64,000 nt of DNA from an uncultured virus (IMG/VR IMGVR_UViG_3300044530_000636) (taxonomy: Duplodnaviria > Heunggongvirae > Uroviricota > Caudoviricetes): the IMG/VR virus record IMGVR_UViG_3300044530_000636, one strand, 5' to 3'. Positions 30,131 to 37,387 of the stretch are shown here, piece by piece. Below the pieces are notes generated by a model that made no database searches, was not told the origin of the DNA, and saw only the letters and a list, made by a program, of their open reading frames with translations. The first letter of the stretch is position 1, and each line of letters starts with the position of its first letter. The position numbers were made by a program, and so were the translations under genes.

Positions 30131-31310
30131 CAAAACTATTAGTATGGGGAACGTTTATTTTTATGGTTGGCATCTTTGTTAGCTATAATGATAATTTCGT
30201 AAAAAAGTGTAATGATGCTGGTGGTATGTCAGCACTGACTCTTAGTAGTGCAGTTTGTTTGCACCCATCAGCAGTTATGAGGCTAGATAAGTAGCATGAA
30301 TGAATTGAAGGATCAAAATGCGATTGACGTTAACATGCTAATTAAGTATGTTATGTGGTCTAGAGATAAGGTTGCTGGTGGTGTTAGTAAAGAAAATGCA
30401 ATCCAGTCTTTGTCTAGACTAATAGACTATGATATTAACCTGATGAAATCTATATCTGGAGTTGACAATGAGCAGAACTAAAGAAAGTTTGATTGCTATT
30501 TTTTTCTTTGCGCTAGGGTTTATGGTTGTCCATAATATGGCCAAGGCGGAAGATTTAAAATGCTATCCTAATGCAGAGATGATGAAGATGATCGACGAGA
30601 AGGCGTTGGTTACTCTTTATAATGGCGAAAAGAATGGTAAGATTAACGAAGCAATGATGTCTAAGGATCGTCATCTGTATATCGTTGAATATGATAAGGC
30701 TTCGGATGGCAATGCGCTGAAGGCAAAGCAATATTGCGTTACCGGTATTCTAAACGATGTAACATTTAATGACTCAGCTATTGAGTTTCTCTCGAATCTA
30801 CTTGAAAAGTATAAAGGACAAAAGACATGAGTATTCTAGGACCAGATGGCGCTGTCGCCGCTAGTGGACTTCCAGTGGGAGGATTAAATAAAAAGAATCC
30901 AATCGTTGATTTGCGAATGGTTGTATTTCAGAAGATGATGGTTCACCCACAGACCAAGGAAATGGTAATGGTTCCTATGCAGGATATCCAGTATCAGCGT
31001 CAAGGTTCTGATGAGTGGTTTTCAATAAACGGTGTTCAGTTGGAAAATCATGAACCTAATATAGAAGGTGGTGTAGGAGAGTAACGTGTCAGATAGATGG
31101 TCAGTTATCGGTCAAGTTTATAACGAAGAAACCGATCAATTATCTCAGTATATTATACAGAAAACAGGTATTGAACCGAAATACTTTGCTATGTATTCTA
31201 CCATGGCCGCATTCATCAGGCATGCTGGTATCGACGAAGCTCGTCCAGTAGCCTTTCGAAATGGTCATTATATCGGGACTCTAGATGATATAAAAAGGAT
31301 CTTAGGATGA
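30127..31310 (+). other. Small CDS (30127-30294 TM, 30296-30481, 30468-30830 secreted, 30827-31084, 31086-31310)
   Basis: Overlapping start/stop codons. Confidence 0.5.
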
Positions 31311-31480
31311 AGAAAGTATATCTATCAATTGCATTGGTGTTTCTTAGTTTGGGCGTCACTGGTTGTAATGAGTTGGCGACCATCGGTAAGTGCATTGTAC
31401 GGGACAGTTCTAATAGACCGTGCCACTAAAGAACCACCTGTTCCTTTAATAGAGGAATTTGAAAACGAGATACAAACTCA

Positions 31481-33046
31481 ATGAAAGTTAAAAGTATTAT
31501 GATTGTGGGCGGCGGATCATCTGGTTGGATGACTGCTGCCCTTTTGTCTAAAAATGTACCTAATGTTAACATTACTCTGATAGAGTCCACAAACGTTCCA
31601 ATTATTGGCGTTGGAGAATCAAGTTTAGTAAACATCAATAGGTTTATGAAACCATTTGGTATCCCAGAACAAATTTGGATGCCAAAGTGTGACGCTGTTT
31701 ATAAAACAACCATTAGGCTAACAGACTTTTATCAGAAGGGTAAAAGTTTTTATGATTTGACTAAGGGGATTACGCCTCCAGTCCCTATGAGAGATATTAA
31801 ATTATTCTATAACCTTTGTCATCAATATCCAGATTTATTCCAGCCTTTTGATTTTCCTGAATTTTTTGATGACAACTATCATATGGTTCTTCAAAACAAA
31901 TATACTGACAAACCAGGACCAATGAAATGGAATCCTAATATAGAAAAAGCGTATCATTTCGACGCTTATAAATTTGGATTGATGTTAAAAGACCTTGTCG
32001 CTATTCCGAACGGTGTTAAACATATCATCGATGACATTTATGCTATTCGGACTGATGACAATGGTATCACATGTTTAGAGACTAATGAGAATGGACCACT
32101 AACTGCAGATCTTTATATTGACTGTTCTGGGTTTAGATCTATTCTATTAGAACAAGGGTTGAAAATAGGATTAATAGATTTTTCAGAAGTTCTTGTAAAC
32201 GATAGAGCGATTGCGACCAATATTCCTTACGAATGTAAAAAAGAAGAAATGGTTAGTTTCACAGATTGTGTAGCGTTAGATAGTGGATGGGAGTGGAATA
32301 TTCCAATTTGGGATAGAATTGGTTCTGGCTATGTTTATAGCAGTAATCATACCAACGAAGAATCGGCTAAAGAGGAACTACGTGAAAGTATAAGAAAAAG
32401 ATATGGTTCAAGGGCGGACGGTTTAGAATTTCGTTCTATGAAATTCACTCCAGGAGTTAGAAAGGCTCCTTGGTATAAAAATGTTATTGCAGTTGGGCTT
32501 TCTTGTGCGTTCATTGGACCTCTGAGATCTACAGGGTTATTTTTGACTCAATCTATGATTGAGAATATTGCTCGTATCCTCCTTAATACGGATTGTCATG
32601 TAAAAAACTTTGATAGAGAATATTATAACCATTACGTAATTAAAGAAGCCTCAGAAGCCAAAGATTGGGTAACAGCGCAATATTTTCTCTCTCAAAGAGA
32701 AGATTCTCCTTATTGGAAGCATAGAACCAATGCTATGAATCATAACCATGAAGGGGATTATTTTAGTAAATTGTTTAGAGATCTTTATGATCAAAACCAA
32801 TCAACTGATCCAGAAAAATTGAAAATGAAAGAAGGCAACTTTAGTTATCATAGAGTTCTGGCGGCAGGTAATTACAGTTTTGTTACTAAGATGGATCATA
32901 ATATCGATATGAAACGAAACCCAAAATTAGCTAATGAGTTACATGATATCAAATATAGTTGGCTTAATCATCAAGCAGCGTTGAAACAATACATTAAAAC
33001 TCTTCCCAATCACTACGAATACCTTAGAGATAACATTTATAAATAA
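31481..33046 (+). CDS. Second flavin-dependent halogenase-family protein
   Basis: GGGSSG, AVYKTTI, WEWNIP, variant FIGPLRSTG. Confidence 0.85.
   Translation: MKVKSIMIVGGGSSGWMTAALLSKNVPNVNITLIESTNVPIIGVGESSLVNINRFMKPFGIPEQIWMPKCDAVYKTTIRLTDFYQKGKSFYDLTKGITPPVPMRDIKLFYNLCHQYPDLFQPFDFPEFFDDNYHMVLQNKYTDKPGPMKWNPNIEKAYHFDAYKFGLMLKDLVAIPNGVKHIIDDIYAIRTDDNGITCLETNENGPLTADLYIDCSGFRSILLEQGLKIGLIDFSEVLVNDRAIATNIPYECKKEEMVSFTDCVALDSGWEWNIPIWDRIGSGYVYSSNHTNEESAKEELRESIRKRYGSRADGLEFRSMKFTPGVRKAPWYKNVIAVGLSCAFIGPLRSTGLFLTQSMIENIARILLNTDCHVKNFDREYYNHYVIKEASEAKDWVTAQYFLSQREDSPYWKHRTNAMNHNHEGDYFSKLFRDLYDQNQSTDPEKLKMKEGNFSYHRVLAAGNYSFVTKMDHNIDMKRNPKLANELHDIKYSWLNHQAALKQYIKTLPNHYEYLRDNIYK
33038..33045 (+). 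promoter_or_regulatory. T4 consensus late promoter directly upstream of the tmRNA
   Basis: TATAAATA. Confidence 0.7.
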
Positions 33047-33051
33047 AGTTT

Positions 33052-33357
33052 GCCGAGGTCGTTGAGAGACGAAACATAGGTTTCTTGGACGTGGGGGCAG
33101 TTCCCACCGCCTCCACCATAGATACATCAGCCACCGAGGTCGTTTGTGTGGTCTTATATCGTGCTAGCCGATGGGATATGATAATCGGTGTATCTTTGAT
33201 GGGGGCGATTCAGGTTCGACAGGATTCAGTAAGGTCGTAAGGAGACCAAAGGCGAAACGTAGATGCAAACGATAATGATGCATCATTTGGAGCTTATGCA
33301 CTAGCTGCATGATCCATTGGGGTTCGCAAGTTGTCCCTAGAAACAGAAACAACTTGC
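33052..33357 (+). ncRNA. ssrA: Circularly permuted (two-piece) tmRNA; tag ANDNDASFGAYALAA
   Basis: Acceptor piece with T-arm GTGGG-GGCAGTT-CCCAC and CGCCTCC-A-CCA ending 33118; intervening 33119-33200; coding piece starts GGGGGCG at 33201 (G3:U70 pair); tag ORF 33265-33312; terminal hairpin 33326-33357. Outer ends approximate. Confidence 0.93.
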
Positions 33358-33391
33358 CTTTTCAATTCTGCTAGGTTATAATACTAATAAT

Positions 33392-33468
33392 GGTTCCGTA
33401 GCTCAGCTGGATAGAGCAGGGGATTTCTACTCCCAAGGTCGAGGGTTCGAATCCTTCCGGGACCGCCA
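33392..33468 (+). tRNA. tRNA-Arg(TCT)
   Basis: Cloverleaf GGTTCCG/CGGGACC, loop TT-TCT-AC, CCA; promoter TTGCCT(33354)-17-TATAAT(33377). Confidence 0.92.
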
Positions 33469-33486
33469 TTCTAACTGGAGTATATT

Positions 33487-33693
33487 ATGGCACGTCATTA
33501 TGGTCATGAAGATTATGGTATTGGCTATTATCTTACGCTAATCGCAATCTGGCTCGTTTTTGCCGTAGGTTGGGTGATGAACATTATCTCAATCTGGAAC
33601 ACAATGGATAATCCAATTACAGCTAAGTTCATTCTTCGCTGTATTGGTGTTTTCGTTGGCCCTATTGGCGCTATTCTTGGGTATCTTTCATGA
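33487..33693 (+). CDS. Small two-TM membrane protein
   Basis: GWVMNI...LRCIGVFVGPIGAILG. Confidence 0.6.
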   Translation: MARHYGHEDYGIGYYLTLIAIWLVFAVGWVMNIISIWNTMDNPITAKFILRCIGVFVGPIGAILGYLS

Positions 33694-34139
33694 TAAACGA
33701 TAGAGTTGCTAACATAGCAGGAGTTATACTTATGGTTGTTGGAGTTTTATTGGTTCTTGTATCTATGTTCTTCTCTACTCCAGTAAAAGCAGATTACGAT
33801 ATTATTGTTTCGAAACGTCATCAGACTATGACAGTTCTTCAAGATGGAGAGTTAATTGACCAATGGCCTGTCTCTACTGCCCGTAAAGGGTATTATACTC
33901 CTACGGGATCGTTTCATCCATATTCTTACCAGCTTATGCACTACAGTAAGAAATACGATAACGCTCCTATGCCAAATTCTATTTTCTTTTCTGGAGGATA
34001 TGCTATCCATGCTACTCCTCATGTTGGTGCTCTTGGGCGTCCTGCTTCTCACGGCTGCGTTCGTCTATCTCCCACTAATTCTGCTACTCTCTATAAAATG
34101 ACCAAAGGTGAATATACGACGATCACAATTAAGGACTAA
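33690..34139 (+). CDS. L,D-transpeptidase (YkuD family) with N-terminal signal/TM
   Basis: WPVSTA, TPTG, AIH...SHGCVRL catalytic His/Cys. Confidence 0.9.
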   Translation: MINDRVANIAGVILMVVGVLLVLVSMFFSTPVKADYDIIVSKRHQTMTVLQDGELIDQWPVSTARKGYYTPTGSFHPYSYQLMHYSKKYDNAPMPNSIFFSGGYAIHATPHVGALGRPASHGCVRLSPTNSATLYKMTKGEYTTITIKD

Positions 34140-34304
34140 CTCTATGGACACAATCAAAGAGAATTATTCGTATTCACATGCCAGCACTATACTCTGGTCT
34201 CTGCAGCAGGAACTGAATAGACATAAGGCTCGAAGATTTAATGATAACCATGTAGAAGAGTACCTTACTCGTCGGATCGCCGAACTGAAGGAACACGAAA
34301 AACA

Positions 34305-34523
34305 ATGCTTAAAAATTCAGGCTTCGTAGAGGAAGTAGAAAAGCTCTGTCGAGAAAAGAACATCGAATATATCGACGCCGTGGTTTTCTGGTGCGAAAAG
34401 AACAATCTGGAGATCGAGACGGCTGCATACTGGATTAAAAAGGATCCAGCTATGAGAGCTAAAATCCAGGCAGAAGCCGAGAATTTGAATATTCTTAAGC
34501 GTGGAGCACGCCTTCCGATATAA
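34305..34523 (+). CDS. gp33: Late transcription coactivator
   Basis: YIDAVV..CE.N.LEIE...K..I..EA..LN; synteny with 59-32. Confidence 0.85.
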   Translation: MLKNSGFVEEVEKLCREKNIEYIDAVVFWCEKNNLEIETAAYWIKKDPAMRAKIQAEAENLNILKRGARLPI

Positions 34524-34526
34524 ATA
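34519..34526 (+). promoter_or_regulatory. Late promoter
   Basis: TATAAATA. Confidence 0.7.
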
Positions 34527-34554
34527 CAGGGTTAAACCATTGTTGGAGGCTAAT

Positions 34555-35124
34555 ATGCACATTAAAACAATTGGTAAACCCTCGCATATATCTCTGCCTA
34601 TGGTGAAAAAAGCGGCGAATTTCTACGGAAAATATCTTATTGGAGGGGGTAAACTTTTTAATAATATAAAGTTGACACTTCAGTTCGAAAAAATGGATTC
34701 AGCCGAGGGCGATTACGCCTATTGCGACTGGACTGATGACCATCATCATACCAGAGAATTCGTAATAGGTATTGACAGAGCTCTTAATAAAAAAGAGACT
34801 TTGCTCGCCCTAGCCCATGAAATGGTCCACCTCAAGCAATACGCCAAAGGTGAAATGAAAGACATTTGGCGACCAACCAGAATGGTCAAGTGGCAAGGCG
34901 AGAGATATCTTCACGAACAAATGGATTATTGGGAACAGCCTTGGGAGATCGAGGCTTATGGACGTGAAAAAGGACTTTATTTCAAGTTCTTAAATTATTT
35001 AAGAGATGGTGAGCCAGAGTTAAAATGTCAGCCTTCGAAGCGTATCAAAATTATGTCGCCCTCAAAAACCACTTTACCAAAAGCGACTACGACTACATTA
35101 AATACAACGGCAAAACCGGATTAA
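34555..35124 (+). CDS. Zincin-like metallopeptidase
   Basis: LAHEMVHLKQ...PWEIEA. Confidence 0.75.
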   Translation: MHIKTIGKPSHISLPMVKKAANFYGKYLIGGGKLFNNIKLTLQFEKMDSAEGDYAYCDWTDDHHHTREFVIGIDRALNKKETLLALAHEMVHLKQYAKGEMKDIWRPTRMVKWQGERYLHEQMDYWEQPWEIEAYGREKGLYFKFLNYLRDGEPELKCQPSKRIKIMSPSKTTLPKATTTTLNTTAKPD

Positions 35125-35606
35125 AACCAGCTTCATTTGCCAAACGTAAAGATAAGGTGTTTTTTGAAAAACTTGCTAAGAATGAAAATGTATGCGAGTT
35201 TCTTGTTGCTAATTTTAGTGTTAATCCAAAATTATGGATACGTGATCTCGCTTATTCCGAAGTAGCCCAAGAAACGTATCTTCAATGGAAGAAGCGTAAT
35301 CAGTCTCTATCGTATGTTTTCAAACAAGAGACTAACAAACATCTCTGCAAGCCTTTCAATTACAATTTTGTATGTAAGCCAAACGAACATCCAATTCTAT
35401 TGAAGCTGTATCTTAGAAATGCATTGTGTTTAGAAACATTTTGTATATTGTTGGAGTTAACAGAAGCCCTTCCATATTTCGATAAGAAAATGGAATACGA
35501 TCTTATCTGGGACGAAATTTCTCTGAAGGTTAAAAAGTATACTCCTTTCATAAAATATGATAAAGACAAGTTCCGAAAAATCATCTTAGAATTTTACGAC
35601 GAATAA
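35025..35606 (+). CDS. gp59: Helicase loader
   Basis: Y.ALK.HFT..YDY.KYNGK, F.KRKD..FFEKLA; lies between 33 and 32. Confidence 0.85.
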   Translation: MSAFEAYQNYVALKNHFTKSDYDYIKYNGKTGLKPASFAKRKDKVFFEKLAKNENVCEFLVANFSVNPKLWIRDLAYSEVAQETYLQWKKRNQSLSYVFKQETNKHLCKPFNYNFVCKPNEHPILLKLYLRNALCLETFCILLELTEALPYFDKKMEYDLIWDEISLKVKKYTPFIKYDKDKFRKIILEFYDE

Positions 35607-35666
35607 ATAATGTTTTATGATGTTTTTCTTGTGGGATACTTAAAACACATCTTATAGGAGAAAAAG

Positions 35667-35831
35667 ATGACTAAAGAAGATCTAATCGACTCAATGGAAT
35701 TGATTGTTAAAGCTAACAAACCCAAACTAGCGGCTGAATTGATTTGGGTTCTTTGGATGGATCACAATAATTACAGAATCATTAAAGATAAAGTAGTTCA
35801 CGTAGATACAGACAAAGAAATTTCAGTTTAA
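35667..35831 (+). CDS. 54-aa hypothetical protein (not in ORF track)
   Basis: MTKEDLIDSMELIVKANKPK...; AGGAG RBS; late promoter 35602-35609. Confidence 0.55.
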   Translation: MTKEDLIDSMELIVKANKPKLAAELIWVLWMDHNNYRIIKDKVVHVDTDKEISV

Positions 35832-35834
35832 TAT

Positions 35835-35860
35835 ACAGGGACTTCGGTCCCTGTTTCTTT
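35835..35860 (+). terminator. Intrinsic terminator
   Basis: ACAGGGAC-TTCG-GTCCCTGT-TTCTTT. Confidence 0.85.
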
Positions 35861-35870
35861 GGAATGTATA

Positions 35871-36365
35871 ATGTTTTATAAAATCAATAAATTTAAAGAA
35901 CACAAATTAGTTAAAGATAAAGTTCTTGATCTTATTAAGAGTAGTGTTGGTGAATCTAGTGGCGATATTACCAGAACAGATTGGTATGTAGGTAAAGGAA
36001 TCCAGAAAGAATATTTTCGGTTTCTTTTGCCTTATATTGGCCCATATATCGAGGATGTCGTCAGAGAACTAGGGCATAAAGAGTGTCAAATAGAAACGTA
36101 TTGGTTTCAACAATACGAACATAATAGCGAGCATCCTTGGCATACACATCCTCTTTGTGGATGGTCTAATGTATATTATTTGGAATTCCCAGAAGATGGT
36201 CCTCCCATCGAAATTAAAATGCCATTCAGCGACGAAATCATTATCCCGAAATTGGAAGAAGGTGATATACTTACCTTCCCATCGAATTTCTTTCATAGAA
36301 GTCCAATCAATAATTCTATGAAAAGAAAGACTGTAGTAACTTACGATTTGACAAACCTAAAATAG
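35871..36365 (+). CDS. Putative 2OG-Fe(II) oxygenase/cupin
   Basis: WFQQY...H.WH.H, FPS..HRSP.N..RKT. Confidence 0.7.
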   Translation: MFYKINKFKEHKLVKDKVLDLIKSSVGESSGDITRTDWYVGKGIQKEYFRFLLPYIGPYIEDVVRELGHKECQIETYWFQQYEHNSEHPWHTHPLCGWSNVYYLEFPEDGPPIEIKMPFSDEIIIPKLEEGDILTFPSNFFHRSPINNSMKRKTVVTYDLTNLK

Positions 36366-36461
36366 AACTTGACAAAAATAAGCTATTGCAGTAAACTAAA
36401 TATATTGGGCGTTATACGTAGCCCATACAATTGTTATACATCGTAATACGGAGAAATATAC

Positions 36462-37358
36462 ATGGTAGATTTTAAGTCCCTCAAAGCCGCTTCAGGCAAG
36501 AAATCCCTCGAATCACTAACAGCCGAACTCAATAAGCTATCTGGCGGAGAAGGTAAGTCTTCAGACGATCGTTTCTGGTCGCCAACAGTCGATAAGGCTG
36601 GTAATGGTTATGCTGTTATTCGTTTCCTTCCTCCGCCAGAGAACGAAGATGTTCCGTTCGTTCGTATGTTTGACCATGGTTTCCAGGGTCCAGGTGGCTG
36701 GTATATCGAGAACTCACTAACAACTCTCGGTAAGAACGACCCAGTTTCAGAGTATAACTCAAAGCTGTGGAATTCTGGTATCGAAGCTAACAAGGAAATT
36801 GTTCGTAAGCAGAAGCGCCGTTTGCATTTTATCTCAAACATTTATGTTGTTAGCGATTCAGGTAATCCTGCAAACGAAGGTAAGGTTTTCCTATTCAAGT
36901 ATGGTAAGAAGATCTTTGATCGTCTAAAGGAAGCAATGGAACCACAGTTTGCTGATGAAGAAGCAGTAAACCCATTCGATCTTTGGGCTGGCGCCAACTT
37001 CAAGCTAAAGATTCGTAATCTTGAAGGATATCGTAATTACGATAAGTCTGAGTTTGAAAAGGCAGCGCCACTACTTGATGACGACAAAGAACTCGAGAAG
37101 GTTTGGAAGTCAGAGCATTCCCTACAGGAATTCCTTGCTCCATCTAACTTCAAGACCTATGAAGAGCTATCTGCTCGTCTAGCAAAGGTTCTTGCAGAGG
37201 ATTCTGCTCCAGCCAAGCGTGCTCGTGCAGAGGAAGAGGCTCCATGGCAGGAAGAGGAAGCTGCTCCAGTTGCCAAGGCAAAGACTGCTCCAAAGTTTGA
37301 ATCTTCCGATGAAGATGATGACGAGTCGTTGGAATTCTTTAAGAATCTAGCAAAGTAA
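36462..37358 (+). CDS. gp32: Single-stranded DNA-binding protein
   Basis: DDRFW, GNGYAVIRFLP, GGWYIENSLTT, NYDKSEF, acidic tail; promoter TTGACA(36369)-17-TAAACT. Confidence 0.95.
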   Translation: MVDFKSLKAASGKKSLESLTAELNKLSGGEGKSSDDRFWSPTVDKAGNGYAVIRFLPPPENEDVPFVRMFDHGFQGPGGWYIENSLTTLGKNDPVSEYNSKLWNSGIEANKEIVRKQKRRLHFISNIYVVSDSGNPANEGKVFLFKYGKKIFDRLKEAMEPQFADEEAVNPFDLWAGANFKLKIRNLEGYRNYDKSEFEKAAPLLDDDKELEKVWKSEHSLQEFLAPSNFKTYEELSARLAKVLAEDSAPAKRARAEEEAPWQEEEAAPVAKAKTAPKFESSDEDDDESLEFFKNLAK

Positions 37359-37360
37359 AG

Positions 37361-37385
37361 AAAGGGAGCTTCGGCTCCCTTTTTT
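37361..37385. terminator. Bidirectional terminator
   Basis: AAAGGGAGC-TTCG-GCTCCCTTTTTT between convergent genes. Confidence 0.9.
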
Positions 37386-37387
37386 CG

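Noticed and set aside
33080..33118. Truncated or pseudo tRNA-Ala
   Set aside because: Explained as the acceptor piece of the permuted tmRNA
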